Below are positions 31,896 through 42,799 of a stretch of 64,000 bases of DNA, one piece after another; within the stretch, counting starts at the first letter, position 1, and every line of letters starts with the position of its first letter. The position numbers and the translations under genes were made by a program. Source of the DNA: Alphaproteobacteria bacterium (GTDB lineage Bacteria; Pseudomonadota; Alphaproteobacteria; RF32; CAG-239); contig JAGBLF010000027.1 of assembly GCA_017635595.1 (NCBI GenBank), positions 24,530-88,529 of the forward strand, read 5' to 3'. The notes under the pieces were generated by a model. That model searched no databases. It was not told the DNA's origin and worked only from the letters and a program-made list of their open reading frames with translations.

Positions 31896-34424
31896 ATGAA
31901 CTTAGATAAATATACAGATAAAAGTCAGGGCTATTTGCATGATTCCGAAAAAATTGCCAGCAGTCATAACCATCAGTTTATTACGCCGGCACATTTACTG
32001 AAAGCAATGTTGTCCGAACCGAAGAGTATGGTCGTCAATTTACTCTCGCAGGCAGGCAGTAATGCTAAAGATATATTATCTGCCGTTGAGGCCGATTTGC
32101 AAAAACTGCCGTCCGTCGAGGGACAGACCGTACAACTCAGTGTATCGCAAGATTTAATGAAGGTGCTTGCCAATGCCGAACAAATGGCAACCAAAGCTAA
32201 AGATACTTATGTATCGGTTGAACGCCTTTTACAGGCAGCCTTAATGCACAAATCTTACGGTGTTGATCTACAAAAATTAAACGCAGCCGTTAACGCCATG
32301 CGCCAAGGCCGGACAGCAGATTCGGCCAGTGCCGAGGATAATTTTCAGGCATTAAAACGCTATGCCATCGATTATACCGAGCGTGCGGCACAGGGTAAAG
32401 TTGACCCGATTATCGGCCGTGATGAAGAAATCCGCCGCACCATACAGGTTTTGTCGCGCCGCACCAAAAACAATCCGATTCTTATCGGTGAGCCGGGTGT
32501 CGGTAAAACCGCTATTGTCGAAGGCTTAGCTCAACGTATTATCAACGGCGATGTTCCGAGCACATTGGCTCATAAAAAACTGATGGCTTTGGATATGGGG
32601 GCTTTGATTGCCGGTGCCAAGTTCCGAGGTGAATTCGAAGAACGTTTGAAAGCGGTGTTGCAAGAAGTACAGAGTTCAAACGGCAACGTTATTTTGTTTA
32701 TTGATGAAATGCATACGGTTGTCGGTGCCGGTGCATCCGAAGGTTCAATGGATGCTTCAAACCTCTTAAAGCCGGCGCTTGCCCGCGGTGAACTGCATTG
32801 TATCGGCGCAACAACCCTCAAAGAATACCAAAAATATATTGAAAAAGATGCCGCTTTTGCACGGCGTTTTCAAACGGTTTATGTCGGCGAGACCGATGTC
32901 AACGATACAATTTCGATTTTGCGCGGTATTAAAGAAAAGTATGAATTGCACCACGGTGTCCATATTTCCGATGCCGCATTGGTAGCCGCCGCAACCTTAT
33001 CGAATCGTTACATCAGTGATCGTTTTTTGCCGGATAAAGCAATTGATTTGGTTGATGAAGCCGCCAGCAAGCTGAAAATGGCAATTGATTCCAAACCTGA
33101 AGAACTTGATGAAATCGATCGTCGGTTAATTCAGCTTAAAATTGAACGCGAAGCTTTGCGTAAAGAAACCGACGATGTTTCTCTTGAGCGTTTGGCCAAA
33201 ATAGAAGTTGAAATCGATAAACTGGAGCATTTATCGGCCGAAAAAACCGAGCAGTGGAATCAGCGTAAAAGCAACTTAAATGAAGCTAATAACTTACGTG
33301 AACAAATCGATAACGCCAAAATCGAAGCCGAAAAAGCTTTGAGAAACGGGCAATTTGAACGTGCCGGACAATTGCAATACCGCGATATTCCGGAGCTTGA
33401 AAAACGTTTGAGTTCGTTACAGGTTGACAGCCCTAAACACCAAGACATCGAAACCGTTACACCGGATATGATTGCCTCGGTTGTTTCAAAATGGACAGGG
33501 ATTCCCGTCGATAAATTAGTCGGCAGTGAGCGTGATAAGTTGCTCAACTTGGAAAAGAATTTAGCCCGCCGCGTTGTCGGCCAGAATGCCGCCTTAATAT
33601 CCGTTGCCAATGCGGTACGGCGTTCGCGTTCCGGTTTGAAAGACCCTAATCGCCCGATCGGCTCGTTTTTATTCTTAGGTCCGACCGGTGTCGGTAAAAC
33701 CGAGCTGGCCAAAGCTTTAGCCGAATTTTTGTTTGACGAAGAAGGTGCTTACATTCGTATTGATATGTCCGAATATATGGAAAAGCACGCCGTCGCTCGT
33801 TTAATCGGTGCACCGCCGGGATATGTCGGTTATGATGAAGGCGGCGTTTTAACCGAAGCCGTTCGCCGCCGTCCGTATCAGGTTATTTTGTTTGATGAGG
33901 TTGAGAAGGCACATCCGGATGTATTTAATCTGTTACTGCAGGTTTTAGATGAAGGACATTTGACCGATGGCAAAGGGCGTACGGTTGACTTTAAGAACAC
34001 CTTTATCATTTTGACATCGAATCTGGTAACCGGAATTGAGAAAAAGGAAATAATGGAAATTCTGAAGTCATTTTTCAAACCGGAATTTTTAAACCGTTTG
34101 GATGAAATTATTGCCTTTAAGCCGTTACAAAAAGATGATATCCGCAAAATTGTCGATATCCAAATTGAACGATTGCAAACTCGCCTTAACGAGCGCCATA
34201 TCAAATTGCATTTAAATGATTCGGCTAAAGACTGGCTTGCCGAAAACGGTTACAGTGCCGAATTCGGTGCCCGACCTTTAAAGCGTCTGATTGTTCAAGA
34301 AATCGAAAACCCGCTGGCCTTAAAACTGTTAAGCGGAGAGATTTCCGATAATCAGGTGGTTGAAATAAGTGCATCCGATGATGGATTAGATATTCAAAGA
34401 CAGAAAAGAATATCATTCAACTAG
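31896..34424 (+). CDS. clpB: ATP-dependent chaperone/disaggregase ClpB.
   Basis: Two AAA+ modules (GEPGVGKT and GPTGVGKT Walker A motifs), a long coiled-coil middle domain and an N-terminal Clp_N domain; 842 aa. Confidence 0.97.
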   Translation: MNLDKYTDKSQGYLHDSEKIASSHNHQFITPAHLLKAMLSEPKSMVVNLLSQAGSNAKDILSAVEADLQKLPSVEGQTVQLSVSQDLMKVLANAEQMATKAKDTYVSVERLLQAALMHKSYGVDLQKLNAAVNAMRQGRTADSASAEDNFQALKRYAIDYTERAAQGKVDPIIGRDEEIRRTIQVLSRRTKNNPILIGEPGVGKTAIVEGLAQRIINGDVPSTLAHKKLMALDMGALIAGAKFRGEFEERLKAVLQEVQSSNGNVILFIDEMHTVVGAGASEGSMDASNLLKPALARGELHCIGATTLKEYQKYIEKDAAFARRFQTVYVGETDVNDTISILRGIKEKYELHHGVHISDAALVAAATLSNRYISDRFLPDKAIDLVDEAASKLKMAIDSKPEELDEIDRRLIQLKIEREALRKETDDVSLERLAKIEVEIDKLEHLSAEKTEQWNQRKSNLNEANNLREQIDNAKIEAEKALRNGQFERAGQLQYRDIPELEKRLSSLQVDSPKHQDIETVTPDMIASVVSKWTGIPVDKLVGSERDKLLNLEKNLARRVVGQNAALISVANAVRRSRSGLKDPNRPIGSFLFLGPTGVGKTELAKALAEFLFDEEGAYIRIDMSEYMEKHAVARLIGAPPGYVGYDEGGVLTEAVRRRPYQVILFDEVEKAHPDVFNLLLQVLDEGHLTDGKGRTVDFKNTFIILTSNLVTGIEKKEIMEILKSFFKPEFLNRLDEIIAFKPLQKDDIRKIVDIQIERLQTRLNERHIKLHLNDSAKDWLAENGYSAEFGARPLKRLIVQEIENPLALKLLSGEISDNQVVEISASDDGLDIQRQKRISFN

Positions 34425-34454
34425 AAAAAAAGCTCTCCTCGGAGAGCTTTTTAT
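34424..34454. terminator. Bidirectional terminator after clpB.
   Basis: AGCTCTCC-tc-GGAGAGCT perfect inverted repeat followed by a T-run. Confidence 0.7.
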
Positions 34455-34456
34455 TT

Positions 34457-35899
34457 TCAGTAAGTATGTGCCATGTTCTTCACGGCCTGCAGAGCAATCA
34501 TCTGATTTCCATCGCCGCCTTGTGCTTTTTGGCGCAATTCATTAATGGTTTTATTAATTAATTTTTGTTCTTGTGGTGTGCGAACACCGTCCATATCGCA
34601 ATCTCTGACCACGGCGAGTAAACCGCTGATTCGTTCATAGGCTTCTTTATTGGTTTCACTGTTTTGGGTCAACGATGCAAACCCGCCGTCAAGGAACGGA
34701 CTGCAATCTTTGCTTAACTGCTGATTTAACTCAAAATCCGGATTAATCACGCTGCGCATATCACCCAGATATTTGACATCCTTAAACATTTCATCAACAC
34801 GCCGCAGATATTCCTGATGAGCTTCTTCGGTATCTTCGATATGAGCCCCGACAAAAGAAGATTCTATATTCATATAGTCGTTTGCGGTAACCGAGGCAAT
34901 TTGCTGCGAATAAGGTGAATTTTCCACATTATAAGTTTCCATCCACTTATCAAAAATAAACTTACCTGTATGCTGCTTTTGCGTATCCTTAAAAGTATGT
35001 TCTTTCAATTCATTTTGCAGCGTAAGCGTATCAACCTCGCAATTTACCGGCGCAAAGTGAGCTGCGTTACCGTCTTTAGAATATTGTTCCAAAGCTCTGC
35101 CGGCCTGTGTCATGGTTGCTTTGACTTCAGTCAGACAATGAAGTTTTGCCAAATATTTTGCCGGTATATTCGGAATAAACAGATTTTTTTCAAAATCATC
35201 TCTATGAGATTCTTCATGCTCACGAACACTTTCAACAAAATCCTGATTGGTCATTTCCTGATATATTACGTTAACCAGACTATCTGCCTCATGCTCGTTA
35301 CGATTCGTCACTTCCATAACCTTAGCGACGGCTTCTTCTTTGCCCTGCATGGTAATATGATGAATTGTAATCCGATTGCCCTCATAATCGTATTCGGCAA
35401 CCGAGCAGCCTCCTTCTTTCAGAACATCGTTAATACCCATACTATCGACCACATATTCGGTCGGATTCGCAAATCTTTGAGCTTGCTCGGCCAAATAGAT
35501 TTCAGATATTTTATCATAATTCAATTCATCCGGAAAAATTAAAAAGCCGGAATTGTCTGTTTCAGCCCCATAAGTGTTATCTGTCGGATTATAACGAATA
35601 TCAAAACCGGTTTGCCGAATATTCTCTTTTACGGCCCGTTCCAGACTGTCTTTTTGCAATTGTTCGCGACGCAATTTTGACATTTCGGCATTTTGCTGCA
35701 TAGCTTCTTTCAGCGAAATGGTATTTTCAGCATTTTTATTTGCGCTTTTTTGAGAAATTTGCGTTTCCGTCGGTGTTTTCTGCGGTTCAAAATCTGCCGA
35801 ATGTACTCCAGTCGGCGCACCCAATTTCATCGGTGCAACCAATGTTGCTGCGATATTCAGTTTGAGAAGCAAATTATTTATTCTATCCTTAACACTCAT
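34457..35899 (-). CDS. Hypothetical 480-aa protein, a possible secreted/effector-type protein. It contains an HEESH (HExxH-like) motif.
   Basis: No homology recognised. Hydrophilic, with no signal peptide or TM. The motif REHEESHRDD sits mid-protein. Confidence 0.45.
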   Translation of the reverse strand: MSVKDRINNLLLKLNIAATLVAPMKLGAPTGVHSADFEPQKTPTETQISQKSANKNAENTISLKEAMQQNAEMSKLRREQLQKDSLERAVKENIRQTGFDIRYNPTDNTYGAETDNSGFLIFPDELNYDKISEIYLAEQAQRFANPTEYVVDSMGINDVLKEGGCSVAEYDYEGNRITIHHITMQGKEEAVAKVMEVTNRNEHEADSLVNVIYQEMTNQDFVESVREHEESHRDDFEKNLFIPNIPAKYLAKLHCLTEVKATMTQAGRALEQYSKDGNAAHFAPVNCEVDTLTLQNELKEHTFKDTQKQHTGKFIFDKWMETYNVENSPYSQQIASVTANDYMNIESSFVGAHIEDTEEAHQEYLRRVDEMFKDVKYLGDMRSVINPDFELNQQLSKDCSPFLDGGFASLTQNSETNKEAYERISGLLAVVRDCDMDGVRTPQEQKLINKTINELRQKAQGGDGNQMIALQAVKNMAHTY

Positions 35900-35932
35900 C
35901 GCTCAATCCTTACCTTTTCAATACATCGGGTG

Positions 35933-36418
35933 TCAGATTTCAGGTCCGACTGAAGTATATGTATATCGCCCGGTTTGTTTCATACTGACTTTTTTCTCGA
36001 CACGCTTGTCTTTTTCATATTGCTTACGAACAACTTTAGACATTTTATCTGCACGCTTATTAAAATAAGAAAGGACAGTGCCGTCGTGACAATGCCCTTT
36101 TATCCAAAACAGAGTACTGCCCAGTTCTGCCATACTTTGCTGAATAGATTCGACCAATGTTCTTACGGTTTCACGGAAATTGCCGTTGCGGATGGCATTG
36201 ATAGCATAAGATGAATCGGTAAAAATAACAACTTTGTGGTCGGTCTTATCTCTGACAAAATCCAGTGCATATAAAATCGCAGTCAATTCTGCGGTATTGT
36301 TATCGCCTTTTTCGATAACCATACCTTTTTTGTACACTTCTTTGTCACGAGAATTTGTCGCAACAAAGGCTATTCCGGATATGCTCCCGCGAGAACTGGC
36401 ATCAGTATATACACGCAT
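35933..36418 (-). CDS. rnhA: Ribonuclease H (RNase HI-type fold, without the basic protrusion).
   Basis: Catalytic DEDD pattern: TDAS...NNTAEL...FTDSSY...KGH...ADK. Confidence 0.6.
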   Translation of the reverse strand: MRVYTDASSRGSISGIAFVATNSRDKEVYKKGMVIEKGDNNTAELTAILYALDFVRDKTDHKVVIFTDSSYAINAIRNGNFRETVRTLVESIQQSMAELGSTLFWIKGHCHDGTVLSYFNKRADKMSKVVRKQYEKDKRVEKKVSMKQTGRYTYTSVGPEI

Positions 36419-36569
36419 TGACCACCTCTTTGATGTTGTCCCTATGCTCTATTATACAATTTTATGTCTAAAAAAATCAAGTCTTATTTTATCATTTGTC
36501 AACATTTATGGTTAAACTTGACATTTTATGTTTTTCATTTAAATTGACTGCATATTTTAAGGAGATTTA

Positions 36570-37232
36570 ATGGTAGATATCATTACACCTGCTGAGGCAG
36601 TACATTTTTTTAAAAACAATCAAACAATTATGGTCGGCGGCTTTTTAAACTGCGGTGTACCTAATTTGGTTCTTGATGAATTAGTCAAAACACCGCTGAC
36701 AGGCTTTACACTTATATCAAATGATACAGGTGAAGCCGGTAAAAATCGCGGACAGCTTATTCATGCCGGCAAAATAAAAAAAGCCGTTGTCTCACACATC
36801 GGGACCAATCCGGAAACGGTTCAGTTGTATGGCGAAGGCAAAATAGAAATCGATTTACAACCACAAGGTTCGTTGGCCGAACGCATCAGAGCTGACGGTG
36901 CCGGTTTGGGTGGTTTTTTGACGGCTGTCGGTCTTGATACCGAAGTTGAAAAAGGCAAACAAAAAATTATCGTTAGCGGCAAAACTTATTTATTGGAAAC
37001 ACCTTTACATGCCGATATAGCTGTCGTTTATGCCACTTACGCCGACAAATACGGCAATTTAGCCTTTCACGGTTCGACGCGCAATTTCAATGCCCTGATG
37101 CCGATGGCGGCCGATATTGTTATTGTCGAGGCTGAACATATTACTGACGAACCTTTATCACCGGATAATATCGTTATACCGGGGATTTTTGTGGATTATT
37201 TAGTCGACGGAGGTGCAAATGGAGCTGACTAA
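36570..37232 (+). CDS. scoA: 3-oxoacid CoA-transferase subunit A.
   Basis: MVGGFLNCGVP and the conserved CoA-transferase family I alpha blocks. Confidence 0.9.
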   Translation: MVDIITPAEAVHFFKNNQTIMVGGFLNCGVPNLVLDELVKTPLTGFTLISNDTGEAGKNRGQLIHAGKIKKAVVSHIGTNPETVQLYGEGKIEIDLQPQGSLAERIRADGAGLGGFLTAVGLDTEVEKGKQKIIVSGKTYLLETPLHADIAVVYATYADKYGNLAFHGSTRNFNALMPMAADIVIVEAEHITDEPLSPDNIVIPGIFVDYLVDGGANGAD

Positions 37233-37866
37233 AGATCAAATTCAGGAAATTATCGCACGCCGAGTTGCCAAAGAATTTCATAACGGTGATGTTGTTACGC
37301 TCGGTATCGGTCTGCCGACCAAAGCTGTCAGCTACTTACCGAAAGACATCAAAATCATTGTCCAATCCGAAAACGGGGTTTTGGGTGTCGGTGCTTACCA
37401 AACCGATGCAACGCGCGACAAGCATATTATCAATGCCGGCGGTGTCGGTGTGACCATTAATCCGGGCGGTTGCTTTGTTGACAGCGCCATGTCATTTGCC
37501 TTGATGCGCGGCGGACACATTGATATTACGGTATTAGGTGCATTACAGGTCGATGCAGAAGGAAATTTGGCTAACTGGTGTATTCCGGGCAAATTTACGC
37601 CGGGTATGGGCGGCGCCATGGATTTGGTTGTCGGTACAAAAAAACTGATTATTGCAATGGAACACACAGCCAAAGGTGCACCGAAAATACTAAAAAAATG
37701 CAATCTTCCGCTGACGGTAGCCCACAAAGTTAATATGATTATTACCGAAAAAGGCGTGTTTGAAGTTACGCCGCAAGGCCTTGTCTTGCGCGAAATCAGT
37801 CCGTATTCGTCTTTGGAAGATCTCAAAAATACTACAGATGCGGAGTTTATAGTAAATTTAGTCTAA
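37213..37866 (+). CDS. scoB: 3-oxoacid CoA-transferase subunit B.
   Basis: It overlaps scoA. The catalytic Glu region is present in the GGAMDLV neighbourhood. Confidence 0.9.
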   Translation: MQMELTKDQIQEIIARRVAKEFHNGDVVTLGIGLPTKAVSYLPKDIKIIVQSENGVLGVGAYQTDATRDKHIINAGGVGVTINPGGCFVDSAMSFALMRGGHIDITVLGALQVDAEGNLANWCIPGKFTPGMGGAMDLVVGTKKLIIAMEHTAKGAPKILKKCNLPLTVAHKVNMIITEKGVFEVTPQGLVLREISPYSSLEDLKNTTDAEFIVNLV

Positions 37867-37934
37867 ATTTTTGTTGAAAATTGACAAAATATACATTATA
37901 CTATAAGTAATATATGTTTTTAAGGAGAATAACT

Positions 37935-38522
37935 ATGGCTGAGTTGAAATATGAGGACTTAATATCGGACAAAGAAATAAGTCCTAAAGAAGCGCAAAGA
38001 TATTTTATTGATTCTAACAAAATGTCAGATGAAGAAATGAAATCCGTAACCAAAGAAATTTTAACGCAAAAACTTGTTATGCCTATATACGAACCTGCCG
38101 GTATTAAGCCGGAAGAAGTTGGTGATTTTATAGCTAAAATACAGGAATCACGTGCCGATATGGATAATATTATTGCTGGTGCCTATACAGCTTTGGGATT
38201 AGGAGAAATGAGCAATAAAGCAGATGGAATTATTGATGAAAAGGAACGTTTTGCCGTTACTGCCGGTTTTGCTCAACGATATTCTTCTCATATGCAACGT
38301 TTTAAGAGAAATCAGAAAAAACCGAATATTGTTGATAAATTTAAGAATAAACTGAAAGAACCTTTCAAAAAGATGGCGGAATCTGTTAAACGGGTAAAGA
38401 TATCTTTTGGTCCTGCCAGAATTATCTCAACAGGCGATTGCGACAATGTTCAGACCGCTTATGTACCGGGAAATAATAAAATTCAAAATATTACCCGAAC
38501 ATCCGGTCCGCGCGATTTATAA
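37935..38522 (+). CDS. Hypothetical protein (charged, Lys/Glu-rich).
   Basis: ATG at 37935 with an AGGAG RBS 7 nt upstream; no recognisable domain. Confidence 0.45.
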   Translation: MAELKYEDLISDKEISPKEAQRYFIDSNKMSDEEMKSVTKEILTQKLVMPIYEPAGIKPEEVGDFIAKIQESRADMDNIIAGAYTALGLGEMSNKADGIIDEKERFAVTAGFAQRYSSHMQRFKRNQKKPNIVDKFKNKLKEPFKKMAESVKRVKISFGPARIISTGDCDNVQTAYVPGNNKIQNITRTSGPRDL

Positions 38523-38542
38523 ATCAAAGACAAAAACTAAAC

Positions 38543-38571
38543 GCCACTGTTCATCAGTGGCTTTTTTTTTG
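38543..38571 (+). terminator. Rho-independent terminator.
   Basis: GCCACTG-ttcat-CAGTGGC followed by a T9 run. Confidence 0.8.
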
Positions 38572-38591
38572 CTTACCTTATATAGAAAAAA

Positions 38592-39074
38592 CTATCTTGC
38601 ACCAACCGCTGTACGGTAATGGCTGCGCGTAATAGCCATTGCCAATGCATCAGACGAATCGTTATTTTTAGGCTGGCACCCCGGCAAAAGAATTTTCACC
38701 ATCGTTTCAACCTGTGTTTTCTCGGCACGCCCTACCCCGACCAAAGCCTTTTTAACTTTTGTCGGATCAAATTCATACAGCGGAATTTTATTGTATCCGG
38801 CAGCTAAAACCACAACGCCGCGCGCCATACTCAATTTTAACGAGCTTTCCGGATTTTGATTTAAAAAAGTTTTTTCAATTGCCGCCTCTTGCGGTTTATA
38901 TAAATCAATCACTTCACATAAAGTGCGGAATATAACATCCAAACGCTCTTCTATCGGCATTTTGGTGTCGGTTGGAATAAAACCGTCTGCAACATATTGC
39001 AGACGGTTTCCGTTGACTTCAATAACACCCCAACCTGTTGAGGTTAAACTCGGATCAAGGCCCAAGATACGCAT
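38592..39074 (-). CDS. ruvC: Holliday junction resolvase RuvC.
   Basis: ILGLDPSLTSTGWGV; catalytic Asp and Glu residues are in conserved positions. Confidence 0.9.
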   Translation of the reverse strand: MRILGLDPSLTSTGWGVIEVNGNRLQYVADGFIPTDTKMPIEERLDVIFRTLCEVIDLYKPQEAAIEKTFLNQNPESSLKLSMARGVVVLAAGYNKIPLYEFDPTKVKKALVGVGRAEKTQVETMVKILLPGCQPKNNDSSDALAMAITRSHYRTAVGAR

Positions 39075-39078
39075 ATTA

Positions 39079-39834
39079 TTATTCTGCCTCTAATTGAGCC
39101 ATCACATCATCCGAAATTTCGGCATTGTGATAAACGTGTTGAACATCTTCGTCTTCTTCTAAAGCATCAATAAAGTCTAAGAACTTACGAGCGGTTTCAA
39201 CATCGGTAATATCAACTTTAACCACCGGTTTCCAATCCAAACGAGAGGCAGACGGCGTACCGTATTTGGCTTCTAAAGCCGAAGTGACGGCAGATAAGTC
39301 ATCCGGCAAAGTTTCAATACTGTGAATTTCTTCATCCGAAACCACATCATTGGCACCGGCTTCCAATGCATTTTCAAACATTTCATCAGCATTTGCCGTA
39401 GCGGCCGGATATTCGATATAACCGATACGCTCAAAGTTGAACACAACTGAACCGCTTTCGCCCATCGCACCGCCGCGTTTACCGAAAATGGTGCGGACAT
39501 TACCGGCTGTACGATTTTTATTATCGGTTAAAGCTTCAACAATAACTGAAACTTTATTCGGCGAAAAGCCCTCATAACGCATGGTTACGAAATCGGCACC
39601 GCCGGCAACCGTGGTTGCTTTGGCAATAGCGCGTTCAATATTATCTTTCGGCATACTTTCGGCGCGTGCAGCTTGAATAGCCAAACGCAAACGCGGATTT
39701 TTATCAGGTTCCGGCAAACCGCTTTTGGCGGCAACGGTAATTTCACGAGCCAACTTGGCAAAGACGCGTGCTTTTTTAGCATCTTGAGCGCCCTTTCTGT
39801 ACATAATATTCTTAAATTGCGAGTGTCCTGACAT
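39079..39834 (-). CDS. yebC: YebC/PmpR-family transcriptional regulator.
   Basis: MSGHSQFKNIMYRKGAQDAKK at the N-terminus is the family signature; the yebC-ruvC pairing is conserved. Confidence 0.9.
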   Translation of the reverse strand: MSGHSQFKNIMYRKGAQDAKKARVFAKLAREITVAAKSGLPEPDKNPRLRLAIQAARAESMPKDNIERAIAKATTVAGGADFVTMRYEGFSPNKVSVIVEALTDNKNRTAGNVRTIFGKRGGAMGESGSVVFNFERIGYIEYPAATANADEMFENALEAGANDVVSDEEIHSIETLPDDLSAVTSALEAKYGTPSASRLDWKPVVKVDITDVETARKFLDFIDALEEDEDVQHVYHNAEISDDVMAQLEAE

Positions 39835-39994
39835 TTTTATCTCCTAAATTTTAATTTCTTATGGCGCTTTTATAGCGTAATTTCATACAAATATTCAAGT
39901 TTTTTTTACAAAAAAAACACAAGTTACGCAAATAAACAGCCCCCGAATTTCAATTCCGAATATTCAGGGGCACTCTTTTATAAAATAGTCTTAA

Positions 39995-40849
39995 TCAGTC
40001 ATCCGCGGCAAGTTCGACTTTTGTCAGCAAAAATGCCGGCGTATGACGCCCGAAAGTATGATGCTTGCGCGCTAAATACAAAGCCTCCGAATCCTGTTCG
40101 GTGTCGGTTTTATCCTTTTTTTTCGACTTACGTTCCTTTTTAAAAGGTATCTTTTCTTCATTTTTAATCGGTTGCTCGGCAACTTCCGGACGTATCGGAA
40201 TAACCTCGGCCTGCGGTTCATTTTCCTCTTGAACGGCCTCTTGTTCTTTGGCTTTATCAATTTTAATTTCGGCCGGTGTTTTCAAAATTTTATCCAAAAT
40301 GCTCTGAGTTTCTTTAGAGCGGCGATTGGTATAAATAATGTTTTGCTTATCGGCCGGCAAAACCTCAAGAATTTTTTCCAAATTATCGAGCTGATGCAAT
40401 TTTTTGATTAAATTGATATCATCGACCACCAAAATATTTATTTGTGATAAGTCAACTTTTTCTTCTTTCAACAAATCGATTAACAAATTCGGCGAAGCGA
40501 TGATAACATTAGCCTCATTATCAACATTTTCTTCATCATCGGTAACGGTGCTTTCAGTGATTTCATGATATTTGTTGAAAACGGCAAACCGATCGGAAAC
40601 AATAACCGACTGCTTGGAATTGGCCGTAATAATCAAAATATTCTTAGCCTCATGCCGAGACATAATCTCAATCAGCGGAAAAACATACGAGCAGGTTTTG
40701 CCGCAAACGGCCGGTGCAATCGTAAATACATCTTTACCGGCCAAAATAGACGGGATAACATCCGTTTGAACGGTTGTCGGCATCGTAATTCCGGCTTCGT
40801 TAATAGCCTTAATGGTTTTTTCGCTTAATCCTAATTCTTTAAAATCCAT
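39995..40849 (-). CDS. Degenerate DEAD-box-like protein. It has RecA-like domain 1 only; motif II is VVDD rather than DEAD, there is no helicase C domain, and it ends in a Lys-rich tail.
   Basis: The Q-motif region FKELGLSEKTIKAINEAGITMPTTVQ matches. The Walker A motif is degraded (APAVCGKT). ILVVDDINL stands in for motif II, and no motifs IV-VI are present. Confidence 0.55.
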   Translation of the reverse strand: MDFKELGLSEKTIKAINEAGITMPTTVQTDVIPSILAGKDVFTIAPAVCGKTCSYVFPLIEIMSRHEAKNILIITANSKQSVIVSDRFAVFNKYHEITESTVTDDEENVDNEANVIIASPNLLIDLLKEEKVDLSQINILVVDDINLIKKLHQLDNLEKILEVLPADKQNIIYTNRRSKETQSILDKILKTPAEIKIDKAKEQEAVQEENEPQAEVIPIRPEVAEQPIKNEEKIPFKKERKSKKKDKTDTEQDSEALYLARKHHTFGRHTPAFLLTKVELAADD

Positions 40850-40858
40850 TTTAACCTC

Positions 40859-42727
40859 TTATACTTCCGGTACCGAAACTTTGGTTTGTTTTTCCGGCGG
40901 AACAGGTGTCTGTTCGCTGCGGTTAAGCGGTTTGCCCGCTATAACTTCTTTTATTTCGTCTCCGGTTAATGTTTCATATTCCATCAAAGCCTGAGCCAGT
41001 CGCTCCAGCTCCGTATCATATTTTTTCAAAATATTGGTGGCTTCCTCATGCGCCTCGGTCAGAAAACGCTTAATTTCGGCATCTACCAAGCGAGCGGTAT
41101 CTTCGCTCATATTCTTATTTTGGGTGACGGCACGGCCTAAAAATACTTCATTTGAATTTTCGGCATACAAAACCGGTCCCAATAAATCACTCATACCCCA
41201 TTCAGTTACCATCGAACGCGCTAAATTGGTGGCCGATGCAATATCGGCCGAAGCTCCGGATGTTACTTTGTCATAACCAAACTTCAACTCTTCACTGGCG
41301 CGACCGCCCATGCAAATAATCAAACGTGACAGCATTTTAGCGCGCGTATATGAATATTGATCTTTTTCCGGTAATTGCTGAACCATACCCAAAGCACGGC
41401 CTCTCGGAATAATTGTCGCCTTATGGATAGGGTCTGTTTCCGGCACATGTATCGAACAAATGGCATGTCCGGCTTCATGATAAGCCGTCAGCTTTTTCTC
41501 TTCTTCATCCATAGCCATTGATTTGCGTTCATTGCCCATCAGCACTTTATCTTTGGCATTATCAAAATCAACGGCGGTTACTTTGCGCTTATTGCGGCGT
41601 GCGGCCAATAAAGCTGCCTCATTAACAAGATTTGCCAAATCAGCGCCGGAAAAACCCGGTGTACCGCGGGCAATAACCGACAAATCAACATCACGAGCCA
41701 ACGGAACTTTACGTGCATGAACGTGCAAAATAGCCTCACGTCCTTTGATATCCGGATTGCTGACAACAACCTGACGATCAAAACGTCCCGGACGCAACAA
41801 CGCCGGATCCAAAACATCAGGCCGGTTGGTGGCGGCTATCAAAATTACATTTTCATTAGCCTCGAAACCATCCATTTCAACCAAAAGTTGGTTTAATGTT
41901 TGCTCGCGTTCATCATTACCGCCGCCCAAACCGGCACCGCGGTGACGACCGACGGCATCAATTTCATCAATAAATAAAATGCACGGCGAGTGTTTTTTGG
42001 CCTGTTCAAACATATCTCTGACACGTGAAGCACCGACACCGACAAACATCTCCACAAAATCCGAACCGGAAATAGAGAAAAACGGCACATTTGCCTCACC
42101 GGCAACGGCACGTGCCAACAACGTTTTACCCGTACCCGGAGGGCCTACCAATAAAACACCCTTTGGAATTTTGCCGCCCAAACGTTGAAACTTCATCGGA
42201 TCTTTTAAGAAGTCGATAATCTCCTCTAACTCTTGTTTTGACTCATCGGCGCCGGCAACATCCTTAAATGTAACCTTTTTATTATTTTCAATCAACCGAG
42301 CGCGCGATTTACCGAAACTCAAAGCTTTATTATTGCCGGCATTGGCCTGACGCATAAAGAAAATCCAAACGCCGACCAACAATATCATCGGGAACCATGA
42401 AATAAAAATGCTCCAAAACGTATCGCCTGATGTATCTTTCGGGCGGGCCTCGACTTTAACATTATTTTCAATAAGCGTATCAATGGTTGTCGGGCTGTAA
42501 GGTGCTACGGTCGTAAACTTGCGGCCATCGGTTGTCATACCGTAAATTTCAGGTCCGGTAATCGTTACATCGGCAACATGCTTATCTTTAACTTTATTCA
42601 TAAAGTCGGAAAACGCTATTTGCTCCGAGCCGGCCATACCGATTTTTTGACTGTCGGCAAGTCCGAATATTATCGTCAGAACAACAAAAATCGCTATCCA
42701 TATAATTGCATTTTTTCCAAATTTCAT
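40859..42727 (-). CDS. ftsH: ATP-dependent zinc metalloprotease FtsH.
   Basis: Two N-terminal TM helices, an AAA module ([13 protein letters not shown]), an SRH region and the HEAGHA zinc motif. Confidence 0.97.
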   Translation of the reverse strand: MKFGKNAIIWIAIFVVLTIIFGLADSQKIGMAGSEQIAFSDFMNKVKDKHVADVTITGPEIYGMTTDGRKFTTVAPYSPTTIDTLIENNVKVEARPKDTSGDTFWSIFISWFPMILLVGVWIFFMRQANAGNNKALSFGKSRARLIENNKKVTFKDVAGADESKQELEEIIDFLKDPMKFQRLGGKIPKGVLLVGPPGTGKTLLARAVAGEANVPFFSISGSDFVEMFVGVGASRVRDMFEQAKKHSPCILFIDEIDAVGRHRGAGLGGGNDEREQTLNQLLVEMDGFEANENVILIAATNRPDVLDPALLRPGRFDRQVVVSNPDIKGREAILHVHARKVPLARDVDLSVIARGTPGFSGADLANLVNEAALLAARRNKRKVTAVDFDNAKDKVLMGNERKSMAMDEEEKKLTAYHEAGHAICSIHVPETDPIHKATIIPRGRALGMVQQLPEKDQYSYTRAKMLSRLIICMGGRASEELKFGYDKVTSGASADIASATNLARSMVTEWGMSDLLGPVLYAENSNEVFLGRAVTQNKNMSEDTARLVDAEIKRFLTEAHEEATNILKKYDTELERLAQALMEYETLTGDEIKEVIAGKPLNRSEQTPVPPEKQTKVSVPEV

Positions 42728-42799
42728 TTAACTTCCTTATCCTTAATGACTTTATGTATATATAATTTGTAAAAACTGAAAACTCAAGTATTTTCTAAC

